A stretch of DNA of 64,000 nt, taken from Rhizodiscina lignyota. Taxonomy: Eukaryota. Shown here in pieces: positions 24,903-36,996 of this stretch. The notes beneath the pieces are model-generated. The model was not told the DNA's origin and did not search any database. It saw only the letters and a program-made list of their open reading frames with translations. Where the stretch lies: contig ML978122.1 of assembly GCA_010015805.1 (NCBI GenBank), positions 2,452,453 to 2,516,452 on the forward strand. The letters run 5' to 3'. A program made the translations under genes and the position numbers. Within the stretch, counting starts at the first letter, position 1. Each line of letters opens with the position of its first letter.

Positions 24903-25802
24903 ATCCGTTATTGGTGAGAATCTCTCCACTCAGGACATGAGCGCGCCTAACCCGTGGTGCAGACAGACTGAGATTCGACCTGCATCCGCGAAGAACTTTG
25001 GAGATGCGTTGTGTGGGTTTACTTGTCGGTCAGACCAAAAGTCCAGGATCTGGGAGGGTGGGAGACTTTGGCATTCCAGGTCGCGGTATCGGGCATATTG
25101 GAGCGTTGGACTTTTCAAAGAACTATACGGATCTCGGCAGCACAGTTACAATACGTTGGAATCTAAAAGCGACTCTCATACAGTTTTAGATTCAGTCTTC
25201 CTTAGACCTTAGTCTCGCGATAACTTTTTGTCAGTCTAAGAAAGACAGTCTTTAATATCAGAGGATACCTTGCAGAGGAAAAGTGCTTCAGAAATACACG
25301 TCTCTCATTCCTTAAGCATCAGCTTTGCGCTGTGTGAGACATATTCGAAACAGCTGCAACCAGAGGCTAGAGCAGAGCACAATCTTGTTGGAGCCTCGAA
25401 AGCGTATGCGGAATAGATTGAAATGTAGCAAAAGGGGTGAAGTCAGGACTGAACAGTCATGGCAAATAGATTGGTCAAAGTCATTTCACGGTAGTTGGGG
25501 AGTCTTCAATCAATTGTGGAGTTGCTGAGAATGCCAAATTGGATTCTCTCTCGAGCGTCATTCGCTTATTCCTGTGAGAACTTTTAAACGCCTTTCAATG
25601 CGACGCTGCAGTTGAGCGCCAGAAGCCAGATGAAAAAAGAAACCTCCAAGTGCTATTCCGCAAACCAAAGCAGTATGACCTCCAACCGTCCGACAACATT
25701 ATCCATGAGTATGAGCCGCATCCGCTCGCAACAAGACGCCAGTAAAGCCAAGATCGAGAACCCTCTTCTGTCGCCAGCACTCCACTCACTCCTCCTTCCT
25801 CA

Positions 25803-26939
25803 TTAGATAAGCGAAAGTCCAGACATGGAGTCGTCGCCCGGGAATACCACACCGCCTTGCCGGAGGCACATCTTCACAGTGAGCCTCGTCTCTGGGCAAG
25901 AGATCTGCATCACATCCACCGTCCGCTTCGCCTTCCGCACCTCTTCCACGTCCTCGCCCGGAAAGAAGTCTCCCGCCTTGCCAGTGTAGAGCGAGAAGAT
26001 GCTCAGTCCTAGCGCGTAAATGTCATCGTCGGTAGTCGGAATGGACAGCGTCCTGTTCGGTGACATGTACTCCTGCGATCCAACCTCCCACCCATCGACA
26101 TCTCCGTTGGAGAAACGCGCACAGTCGAAGTCGCACAGCCGCAACGTGCCGTCCGCACAGCGCAGGAAGTTCTCTGGCTTGATGTTGCCGTGCACAATAC
26201 CGTATTCCTTGTGTAGCTTGACGACCAGGCGCAGCATCTCCTTCTTGAAGTGGTCCTTCTCCTCGGCCCGGACCTTCGTAACGTCGAACGGTTCGAGACG
26301 CATCATCAGCATGCCCACGCAGGCTGGTCCGCTACCGTCTCCCATGATCTTCATCACGCGACCAGCAGGTCTAGCAGCACAGTCGTCGGCGCTCATCTGG
26401 AGATCGTAGGCGCGCTGGTTCGTGTTTGTCTTGTAAGCGCGACCGAGGTACTCGTAGACAACGTTCTGGTGATCACCGACGGCAATCGGCTTGCAGTGAA
26501 TCGGATCGATTCTACTGAGGTTGATGTCGGGCCAGCGAGGTGGCCAGTCTCTCCACTTCTCCAGCCTTGGGATTGGAGCAAACCTCGCTCTGTTTTCGGC
26601 CGGGGCAGCCTCATTGCCTAGCGCCGTAGTAACCTCTAGCTCCTCTGGCCTTTTCTTTCCGAGAAGTGGAAGGATATCGTTTGGAGGAGCCTTAGCTAGA
26701 TGGAATGACTGACCGAACTTTTTCAAATCATCGTTGAGCTTTTGCCTCCTGTCAGCTGCCGCCATAGTTCGCTGTTCCGCGGTAGCATTTCTCTCGTTGG
26801 CAAAAGCGCGTGTGGATGCGCCGACGTCCTCGGTGAGATCGGTTCTGGTTCCGCGCAGTGCTTGATGTAGATTTGACTGAGTCAGATTCCTACTCGTCTT
26901 GCGGTCCTCCCACAAAGGAACGAAGCCCTTTCTTTCCAT
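25803..26939 (-). CDS. Protein-kinase-like protein (probable pseudokinase) with Pbp1-like N-terminal motif
   Basis: LHKEYGIVHGNIKPENFL, LCDFD, EYMSP, DDIYALG; first ATG at 26939; intronless. Confidence 0.75.
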   Translation of the reverse strand: MERKGFVPLWEDRKTSRNLTQSNLHQALRGTRTDLTEDVGASTRAFANERNATAEQRTMAAADRRQKLNDDLKKFGQSFHLAKAPPNDILPLLGKKRPEELEVTTALGNEAAPAENRARFAPIPRLEKWRDWPPRWPDINLSRIDPIHCKPIAVGDHQNVVYEYLGRAYKTNTNQRAYDLQMSADDCAARPAGRVMKIMGDGSGPACVGMLMMRLEPFDVTKVRAEEKDHFKKEMLRLVVKLHKEYGIVHGNIKPENFLRCADGTLRLCDFDCARFSNGDVDGWEVGSQEYMSPNRTLSIPTTDDDIYALGLSIFSLYTGKAGDFFPGEDVEEVRKAKRTVDVMQISCPETRLTVKMCLRQGGVVFPGDDSMSGLSLI

Positions 26940-27590
26940 CGTGAATGTCTTTGATATCTGAGAGAAATTGACGTGAAGGATTCGATGATGTTGAGAGTCG
27001 AAAAGAAAACAACAATGTGGTTGTGGCTTGAAGGGAAAATACACGCGCCCGCATCGTGCGAAGCGTAAAATTGCGCCATACTTACGGCCATACTTCCGAT
27101 GCTATGCGCTGCGTGAAGTGTTGAAGTTGGTGACAGAGTGAAGTTGGACGAGAAGGGATAAGGAGGGGAGGGGGTGGTGGTTATAATGCCACCTAGGCAC
27201 CAATGGCGTCTTTCACATTGGTCCACAGGATACTCCGTATTGAAGTTCGCAAGCCTTTATCAAGGTATGTATATGCATATTTGAACTGCTCAAAACTTGC
27301 TAATGACCTTGCAGCTTAAGTCACCCTAATGGGGACTACGCACTTCCGCACGCACTATATATTGTCGCTTTACGACGAATATTCCTCCATTCTGCTAGCG
27401 GCATCCCGGCCTCGGCCTCAAAAAGGCGTCAGCCGGCCGAAGATAGCCACCGCGGTCGTCCCGAGTATTCCACCGTGTTCCACTCAAACCGTACACTTCC
27501 TTTCCTCCATCCAACGTCTCATGGCTTGTATATTACCTTCCTGAACTTCCTCCACCGCGGCTCTCATGCAGCACCACCTGCAGCTGTGCA

Positions 27591-28658
27591 ATGACCGCGA
27601 CCGAGCGCACGCCCGGAGATGCCAACGGCATCAGCACACACCGTCATGACATCCTCAAGTCTGCGTCGTCGGCAGACGCACCGCTGATCCCCGAAGCGCC
27701 TGTCGACTTGGAGACGCTATGTGGGAGGGTGCATGATCGTGTTGCGCAGTTCTTGGAGGAGGATGTGCAGGATGAGGTGTTAAAGCGTGTGCAAGAGCAA
27801 ACCAGAATCGCAATTAGGGTAATTGAAGAAGCATTGGATCGGTATAGGTGCGTAGGAGTGGGGAACCAAAGTGCGATACTGTAGCTGACCGATGTGCTAC
27901 GCCAGCCTGTCACAGTTATCACTCTCATACAACGGCGGAAAAGACTGTCTCGTCCTCCTCGTCCTTTACCTAAGCGCTCTATACTCCCACCACCTCCGCA
28001 GTTCCGCTTCCGAATCGAGCTCCTCGGAAGTCAACTCCTCCTCATGCTCTGAGTCGTCTCTCCACTTCTACCCAATCCAATCGGTCTACATTAAATCTGC
28101 ACATGCCTTTCCCGAAGTCGAGGCTTTCGTGTCCTTGTCCGAATCATTATACTCACTGTCCTTGTCGCGCTATACAGCGCCGATGAAGGCTGCTTTTGCA
28201 TCTTACCTTGCCGATAGACCTACCGTGAAGGCCATATTCGTTGGGACAAGGCGTACAGATCCGCATGGAAGCGCATTGACTCATTTTGACCAGACGGATC
28301 ACGGATGGCCGACATTCATGAGAGTACATCCGGTTATTGATTGGCATTATGTTGATATTTGGACTGTGAGTGACCTGAAATGAACATTGAATACTGGAAG
28401 CTGACTTGGTGGCTTGTGCAGTTTATTCGATACTTGAACATACCCTACTGCAAGCTGTACGACCTGGGATACACATCTCTGGGTGGTACTAAAGACACGA
28501 TGCCCAACCCAGCACTCCGACTTCCGGGTTGCACACCGATCGATCCTCAGTTTAAACCGGCTTATGAACTTGTCGAGGACACAGAGGAGCGATTAGGAAG
28601 AGAGAGGGTGCCGGCGAGCGGATTCCAGACTCCGGTTAAGGATCTAAAGAGTCCATAA
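27591..28658 (+). CDS. FAD1: FAD synthetase (PAPS-reductase family)
   Basis: SYNGGKDCLVL, GTRRTDP, RVHPVIDW, YCKLYDLGYTSLG; two introns. Confidence 0.93.
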
Positions 28659-29001
28659 TGGAGCATAATAAAGGATGTGATGATGTTATGAGACGTTCAT
28701 GATTGATGCATTTTAGGCGTCCGTATGGAGTTGCACATAGTGAGAGGTTTGCACTATATAGGAGGCATGGTGGCATATCATGCATAGAATTCTTGTTAAA
28801 TAGACGCAAGATCCTCCGTTCGACTCAACCTGGGAGAATACACTCCCATTGCGCCTGTATACCCTGTTCAGGTGCGGTTTCAATTCCGAGAAGATTTCTT
28901 CAGTCGCCCGTACACAAAGAGCTCAATCCCGTTTCATTCTGCGATGGCCTCCTCCTAATACCTCTATATTAAACTCTCTTTTAACTCGACCCAGGAAATT
29001 C

Positions 29002-31060
29002 TCAAGCAGAGGTATTTCTCCGAAGAGCCATTTCGACAGCGGCCTCCCAACTCGTGCGCGAAATGAACACCGCTTCTATCCCGAAAACAATCGCAAGGCC
29101 AATAGCCGGACCAGACCACAATCCATACAAGTCCCAATGAAGTCCGAAACCAGTGCTGAACGAAATCGGCAGCGCAATCACATAGTACGCGAAAAGATTG
29201 ACATATCCTCCAACTTCCTGCCTACCTAGACCTCTCAGAATCCCGTTGCAGTTCGCAGCCAGGCTGTCAAACAACTGGAACGCGGCGCAGAGCGGTAGTA
29301 CACTGGCCACCAAGTCTACAACGTCCTGATCGTTCGTAAAAAGTTGCGGGATGTAGAATCGTAAGCTGCTCAGTAACGTAACATTCAGAAGGCCAATGAA
29401 CACTGCTGCAACAAGCGCGACCTTCGCCGCAACCTTTGCCGGACCAGCCAGTGTTGCGCCAATAAGGTTCGCAATTCGCGTGCTCGCCGCAATGCTGACG
29501 GGGAACGGAATCTGGAAGGTCAGCGCCGTGAGCGTCGACAGCACACTCTGCGCGGCCAGATGCGTCGTCGAGAGATAACTCGCCGCAAGCGTCAGAATCT
29601 CAAAGGCCAAGAACTCTGCGAGAACCATGACAAGGCCAGGCAGCGCAAGCTTGATCATTGGGCCCCAATTGCGAAGTGCGCGGCTCTCGAAACCACCCCA
29701 ACACTGGCGTCCATCTACGAAGATGACATAGAGGGCAAGCGTGATTGGGAGGAGGTTGTCGGTGATCGCGACGGCGATGGGAGCGCCGATAAAGCCCATG
29801 TTGAGCTTCCAGACAAACAGCCAGTTCATGAACGCGTTTAGTGGTGCGCAGATGAGGAGCACGTACAGTGTCGCGGAGAATAAGCCTTGTGCTTGGACGA
29901 AGCGCTTGCCGCTTTCGAAGGCTGCGTATCCTGGCGCACCGATAAGGAGGACCTTGAGATATAGACCCGCTAAGCGTGCCGTTTCTTTCTCTGGGACGAT
30001 GGCGCTCAGGATTGCTTCGGCGCTCAACCAAATTATGCCGATGGGGATGGTGATACACATGAGGAAGTAGACCATGCGCTGTAGTTGTAGACCTACGAGT
30101 GTCTTCTTGCCTGAGCCGTATGCTTGTGCGCAGAGAGTGTCGAGACTGGTCGTGAGACCTTGATACACTGCGTATCCTGTGATATTGGCCGTCACTGGGT
30201 GAATGTTAATAAATGTCTTATGCCAGAGTGAGATCTGGAGATTTACTGGTTGCCAAACTCACAGCACCCAACTCAACCTTCCCAATATGCCCAATAGTGA
30301 AGATACTCGCCATCGTCAAGCTGTATTGCAGGATGAACGTCAATATCAGTGACCTCGAATATTTCGTCAATACTTTAGCTTCTCGCTGCCAGGTAGTCTG
30401 TATCTTGCCCGTCAGAACAGCTTCTTCCCACTTCTTATTAATTTGTTCTGGAGACTCTGCCTGGCCTCCATACGGTCTGCCATCAGATTCGCCAAGTAAC
30501 GCGGTCCTCTCCGTCGGTGCACCGTCTTCGTCTATTCTGCCAGCTATGGAGCCTACGCCCGTCTCCTCATCTGGCTGAGTCTTGCTACGCCTCAGACCTG
30601 ACAGCGATAGTTTCCTGCCTAGCCGAGCCGCCAGATTATCATCGCTAGACTGTTCCCGCGGGTGCTTCGGCGGTATGAAATCGTTGTCCCGTAGAAGACT
30701 CCTCTCCTCGCTCATGATATTCTCCCTCTCTGCTCTTGTGAGCCGAACATGATCTGGCTCGAACGCTGGCAACATCAGCGGTCTTGACCCATACGCGACG
30801 GCACTAGGCCTGCGGTATTGCTCGCTGAGAGCATATTGTGAAGGAGTTATGGCACCGGGAGATACATCATCTCCCTCATCATCTCCATCGTGATCTACCG
30901 CACCTTCATTGTCTTCTTCCTCCTCAAGATCTCGTGCGATTGAGTAGGAGGCGAGGGGCGACGAGGCGGCGAAAGAGCCCAATTGAGAGCGAAAAGACGT
31001 TCCGAGCCGTGATGAATTCGTCACCGGATTATTGGGGTCGCTCGGTATGTTCATTGACAT
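29002..31060 (-). CDS. MATE-family efflux transporter (Erc1-like)
   Basis: LDTLCAQAYG, ASTRIANLIGA, GILRGLGRQ; intron 30195-30246. Confidence 0.92.
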
Positions 31061-31972
31061 CTTGGCCTAGAGGTGATAAGCTCGTAGTGGGGTCAATTGC
31101 CCCTCACGATGAGCTTTGCGTGATCAATGACGACAGTTGACGGCAGCTGAAAAAAGAGCTTTGTTCGCGTTCGTATCCTGAGAAAAAAAGTGATGCGGAC
31201 AGCAAGGAGATGGAGATGGAGCAGGGCGAGGAGGAGATTGCAGAATTACCTGCTTTATCTAAGAGGAAGACTCATGTTAAAGGCGTCTACTACTAGTGTC
31301 CCGTGTGTGCCTGCCCTGCAGGTGTTCGGTTGATAAAGCATGGATCGAGCTCTTCGGGCGGTCGGTCGTGGCCGGCGCGTGCTCGCACTGCCTGATCCGG
31401 AATGTGCATGCGGCTAGAACTTCGCTCGATGAATGAACAAATCTTACTCTTCAACCTCAGCAAGCGTGTCCCTGGCGGCCTACTCCGAGATGTTTTGGAG
31501 ACTTTATCGAGTCATGCAAATTCAGTAAAGCAGGTCCGCATTAGTAGAAGAGCACTGGTCAACTCTACTTTCCCCAATGTAGTTCCGCCGTTAACTCCCT
31601 GTCTTAATTCTTCTGTGTAGTCATCGTCTCTCGTCGGAGTATTTATTGACAGATATAGTGTCGCTCTCATCTCATATGCTTTGTCTTTTCTGAATGTAAG
31701 CAAGCAATACGGGATTCCTCTTATCAGTACATCGCATATGCATCGTTCAGTCCATGGTCCCGTTCTTCTCAAATATCGGAAATATATGCAGCTTTCGTTA
31801 ACTTGTTAGACCAAAGCTTGTTCCACATCAGGAGGACATCATCTCATTTGCCATGTAAAACAATACAAATCCTCGCTAGTATAAATCGTCCTACTAAACT
31901 CACTCGACCCTTCCCGCAGTGCCTAATCTTTCCATTCGGAAAACTGATTGATTAACACAATTCAGTTTGCAA

Positions 31973-32299
31973 ATGGACGTCTTCGGGGTTAATACCAAGT
32001 GGAGTCAACCACCAACAGAACCAACAGAACCACCAGAGCCTGGTGGGTGCAAGTACGTCATGGTCAAATACAATGGGTGCCACCATGTAGGCTCCCGGTC
32101 GACGCTGGAGCGTTGCCGGCACAAATGCAGTTGTAAAACTATACCAACCGTTTTTAGAAAGGCAGATGGCTTGTGTGAGAGTTGTAAGGCAGCCGGCAAG
32201 AACAGCGACAAGGGCACGGATCCGAACAACAACGGCGGAGGCGCTGGTGGACAAGGTGCTCAAGGCGCTACGTCGCATGGCGGGAACCCAGTGATGTGA
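31973..32299 (+). CDS. Small Cys/His-rich protein with Gly-rich tail
   Basis: CKYVMVKYNGCHH..C..CSC..CESC; TATAAA at 31880. Confidence 0.65.
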   Translation: MDVFGVNTKWSQPPTEPTEPPEPGGCKYVMVKYNGCHHVGSRSTLERCRHKCSCKTIPTVFRKADGLCESCKAAGKNSDKGTDPNNNGGGAGGQGAQGATSHGGNPVM

Positions 32300-32746
32300 T
32301 CAGTCTTCTTGAGAAGGGTGCTCCTTTCTCCATCATTAAGGATCATTGGCCGCTCTAGATCGGGATGGTTGCTATTACGCATCAAACAGACATATACCGA
32401 ATCCACCGAATTCCACTTCTCTGTCCTGGTTCAACCACTTCTACGTGTGCAACCAATGACTCACGATACTAGGTTTGCTACAGGCCCCAAATTGTTACTA
32501 AACTTTGCTTAAGCAGCAGTGCTGTATCGAGTGCAGGCAATCGTTTGCTCCGAAGTGGGCCTTGCACTCAATAGTCGACCGACCGCGTTCTAGTATAAAT
32601 ACTTCCTTCATGTATCTTCTTCAAATTGTCAAGCCGCTTCCCGTACTCTCCAATTTGTCAAATACTACACTTCGCCCTTCATCCGCTTCTCTTTCAGCAG
32701 AGTGTAGCCATTGTTACCATCGCGTGGTTACAGCATTGCCCTTCCG

Positions 32747-32983
32747 ATGTGTACGAAGCTTAAGAAAACCTATAGACGATGCGGCCATGTCGTAGAGTCG
32801 TGGTGGCTTGCGCACAGCCCTCGCTGTCCTCCACCGTGGAATACACGTTATGAAAGTACGAATTTTTATCACCCTAACTGTCCGCGCGGAGTGATGAGCA
32901 TAGAGCTAGATGAAGTAGTCCCTTCTGCTAAAGCAGAGGCAACTGAAGATAAGGGAGATGCTGAAGAGAATGAAAGGGTCTGA
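32747..32983 (+). CDS. Small Cys/His-rich protein with acidic tail
   Basis: MCTKLKKTYRRCGH..H..C..HPNC; TATAAA at 32594. Confidence 0.6.
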   Translation: MCTKLKKTYRRCGHVVESWWLAHSPRCPPPWNTRYESTNFYHPNCPRGVMSIELDEVVPSAKAEATEDKGDAEENERV

Positions 32984-33282
32984 ACACGGTAGTGTGTTTG
33001 AGCTAGCTACAAGTACACGTTACTGTCTTAAATTGCGAATGTATTGATACTGAATGTTTGATATATTCCGCTAAAGATACTTTCATCCCTCGCCTTGCGA
33101 TTATCTCCAACCAGAAGAGCAGCGTGGCCGCCATGCACCATCCTTGAGCGACAAATTCACAGGGACGAAACGCCTCATTAATGCGACCCTGGCATAGCGG
33201 AAAGAGAAGCACGATGCTCCCAATATGACCCACACCATCCCAACACCTGTTCACTAACGTCCATGAAAAGGCCAACAAGGCA

Positions 33283-34683
33283 TCAAACTGAGAGTGGCAG
33301 ATCGTTCGTAAAGTCGGCCCCATCAGTGATCTGCATCTCCTCCCCCGGCGTCGCCACTTGTCCGTACAGCTTTTGTCGCATCTTCGCAATCTCCTCGTCA
33401 AGCTTCAGCCGCTGGTTCTCCATCTGTGCTAGTCGTGTCTCCATGTGTCGTCGGGCAGCTCCCGATATGGTGGGGGTCTCTTCAGCGTCAGGCGTCTCTT
33501 CATCCTCGTCCTCGCCTTCCGCATCGTCGGTGGCGGCATCCCCCGTAGACTTGGTCAGCGCTGCAGTTATCTCGTCCTCAGGAGAACCTCCCTCGGCACC
33601 GTTTGTCGCTGAGGGCTCAATACCGTGGTAGCGACGCTGGTGCTCCTGAAGAGCGGTGAGGCTGACAAAACCTCTCGACTGCTTCCGTCTGCCGCATGTC
33701 TTGTTGGGACAGGGAATCTTATGGCTGTGATCATGCTTCTGGAAACCGTGGGCCTCTTGTCGGTGCTTCTTGAACTCCTTAGGATCGCTGAATGGTGGGG
33801 CTTGACAGCCCTTGACGCCGCATGTCATGAAGGACTTATACTTCTCTTGCTGGCGTCTGATCAATGTTAGTTCGTATGGTCGTAATTGTTGAAAGGGTTT
33901 ACATACTTTATCTCGAAAGGGTCTTGTCCCGGATGAGCGCGTTTCAGAGCGCCAGTCATGACATTAGAGATCTCGCTGCGGCTGATATACTGCCCGCCCG
34001 CTTCCTTCAACAAGTCACGGCCATCAACGCGCTGGAGTGGATCGCGTAGGAACGCAAGTATTGCACCAGCATCCCAAGACTTGAAGAATTCGTGAAGGAT
34101 GATCTTCCTCACGGCCGAGTTCCGCTTGATCGAGTCAATAAAGTCAAGGTCATGTGAGTGGCCCTTATCACCAAATTTCTCCAAGATCCGACTACCATCT
34201 GGCTGGATAGTGAGCTTGAACTTGGCGTCGCATGTACCCGTGCCCTCGCGTCGCTTGCGCGCTTCTTGACCGGGCTTCGTCTTGTTGGGCTTGCGATGGA
34301 GTCTACAAGCGCCACGAAGTTTCTCAACTCCAGTCTTTACGGACACTTCGCCTTTTGGCTCGTGAAAGCACCATACCTGTATAGAGGTTAACATGGCACG
34401 TGAAGATGTACGATGGGAAAGTTACATTGTCAATGTACGGAAAGTATTTCTCGTACACCGCTTCTGTGAAATGCACAGGCTGTTCTAGCGAGAACTAGAG
34501 TCGCATCAGAGCGCTTGGTAGCTGTAAAAGCACTGTTGGGCTTGTTCACCATCATCTGTTACGGTTAGCCAATGCCAACGCGTCTAAACTCGCGCATTTA
34601 CTGACCTGTCTGTGGTGCTGGATATCCTCTGGGATCCCTTGAAAGGGGATTGGTATCTGTGCTTGCACCATGGTTTCGGACAT
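33283..34683 (-). CDS. Putative transcription factor: WRKY/GCM1(AFT/FAR1)-like domain, two C2H2 fingers, coiled coil
   Basis: CRL..TCDAKFKL..HSHDL..IKRNS; CGVKGC..HRQEAH and CPNKTC..HQRRYH; four introns and a 6-nt microexon. Confidence 0.75.
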
Positions 34684-34911
34684 TTTCAACTTCGATTGGG
34701 CTTTGCACTCTGCCTTCGAAGTCTTGAGTGGCGGTACATCAAGAAAGGAGGCAGGCGTGCGGCGCTGAGGAGAGGTGAAGATAAAGTGTACGCCGCGCTA
34801 AACTAAATTAACGCTAGTTAAAGCATTTCCGCGCGAGGCAGTCGCCCGTCCGATGAGGGAACCCATAAACCGCCCTGGCTACATTTTAGACAATCTAAAT
34901 TTCACTCCACC

Positions 34912-35545
34912 ATGTCCACTCCTTACGAAAAAGCCGTTGAACTCATAGACGAGGCTCACAAGAAGGATCCAAAGATCGTAAAGATCAATAGCGAAGATGT
35001 GCCCTACGAACTGCATTACGCTCAGAAGATGAGCGAGTATCTGGTAAAGAGGTCAAACAATGCTTCAGATACCTTGCGCATCGCGATTCGAGCGCAGCAC
35101 TTCCGCAGATGGGAAGTTCCACGAGATTCGTATCCAATGACACGGGTAGGGTACCACGCATGGCGAACATACCTCAAGAAGCGACAGGCGGAGCAAGTAG
35201 AGCGCATTTGTCTTGATTGCGGATTCGCCGGGGAAGATGCTGAGCGGGTCGCGTCGCTCATCAGGAAGGAAGACTTGAAGGAGGATGAAGAGACGCAGAT
35301 ATTGGAAGGTACGAATGCTTTCTTAATTTTAAGTGTGTTATATCTGAACGAATCCAGATGTTGCATGTTTGGTCTTTCTCGAAGACCAATTCGCCGATTT
35401 CGAGAAGGAGCACAATGAAGACAAGATCATTACCATCTTGAGAAAGACGTGGGCGAAAATGTCAAAAGAAGGACAAGACTTGGCTCTTCAGATCCCAATG
35501 ACTGGGAGACCACAAGAGCTAGTACAGAAGGCGCTGGCAGGCTGA
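34912..35545 (+). CDS. DUF4202-like protein
   Basis: IDEAHKKDP, ELHYAQKM, RAQHFRRWEVPR, ED|VACLVFL after intron ~35309-35357, KTWAKMS. Confidence 0.8.
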
Positions 35546-35834
35546 ACGAGGAGAAGGCAGGAATCCTTCAGATAAAATTCTGACGAAGTCTTTCGAACTG
35601 GAAGTACCATACGACTGTGGTACCTCCAGTTTTGATAAAGTGTATTAATAGATCAATTCCACTCTGACTTTCTCAACACTGTCTTCCAACTCAGGAAGAG
35701 TGACGAATTATTTGCATTCAGATTATGTACGGAACACGTCGATTGATTTGTGATAGACCATCAATTTACTCCCGTTTGAGGCTGACAATTTATGCCCAAA
35801 TGGCATCCTGTCCACTTTCAACTCGAATGTTGAA

Positions 35835-36053
35835 TTATGCACCTCCTTCACGCTTCGCATATTCGTCCTCAATGCGCTCCTCATACAACTTCTCGGCAGC
35901 AAGCTCTGCTTCGGATTTGGTTTGCGCCATTGTTGAAGATGTGCTCGTGCTCGCCTTCTCAGCTGCCTGTCCGGCCGAACTCGTTTGTGTGGCGAGTGGT
36001 TCACTTGTCTCTGATGTTGAGGGCTTCTCCGCTGTGAAAACAGGTAGAGGCAT
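35835..36053 (-). CDS. Small fungal protein ending LYEERIEDEYAKREGGA
   Basis: 72-aa ORF; C-terminus recalled as conserved among ascomycete hypothetical proteins. Confidence 0.7.
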   Translation of the reverse strand: MPLPVFTAEKPSTSETSEPLATQTSSAGQAAEKASTSTSSTMAQTKSEAELAAEKLYEERIEDEYAKREGGA

Positions 36054-36996
36054 GTTTTTTGCTCCTTGAGATTTAAAGTTCTGTTTGATAAGGGAAGATG
36101 AGTTTGTAATGAAGAGGAAACTGTCCAAGGTACGACAAGTAGGGGTTTTATACTCAGAGCTGGAGGCAAAGTGGCGGTGCGTCGTGGCCTCTAACCTAGG
36201 TAGCGCTCTCATTGGACGTTCACCGAGTTCGAGACTACAGTCCGCTAGCCCAGGGGTACCTAGCTCACCGTTACCGTGTTCAAGCGACATCGTATCGTGC
36301 GTGGAGGCACCTTGCTCTGGTTGTTTTCCTTTCTTTGAAGAGGCTCATACAGTCTTCGTAGGCATCTTACCTAAACTTCCTCACGGCCCCCCGGCGAGTT
36401 CACAGTGTGCTTGTAAGAACGTTTTATAAGGTAGTCGACGGAGGGTTGCTCCCAAATATCGCGGTGTGACAGCTCGTGTGCTCGCAGGCGGGGCAGGTAG
36501 TTATAGTGTCGAGCCGGATCGTAGAAGCCCCTGCAGAACGCGAACGGCAAACCTTGGAAAAGATTTACCACGCGTCTGTTCAGCTTTGATTGATGGCCAG
36601 TCATTCGTCTCAATTTTCTCGAGCATCACATCTTACACAGACCGCCTATTTTGACCTCATAATATCGTCTATCTCTTCCTCGACCCCTCTGTTTTCTTCA
36701 TCTCCAAGCTCCAATTCAAAGTATGCCCCTCTCTACGTCACCGGAGATCCACACAATTGAACTGATTTAAGAAAGTAACGACTTGAGTACAGATATTCTG
36801 ATCTAGAACCGTCGTTCGCCAACACGTTGGCCGCAACTCTAGCTCTCGTTTCTAAAGCTTCAACGCTATCCTCTCCCAAAGCATGCAATCGTTGAAAGGG
36901 CACCGTTGAAACCCAAAAACATAAAAACCTTCGCAAACCCCCCACACCGCCAAAATCCCATTCCATCTCGTACAGAACTTACCTTCACCTCACACA

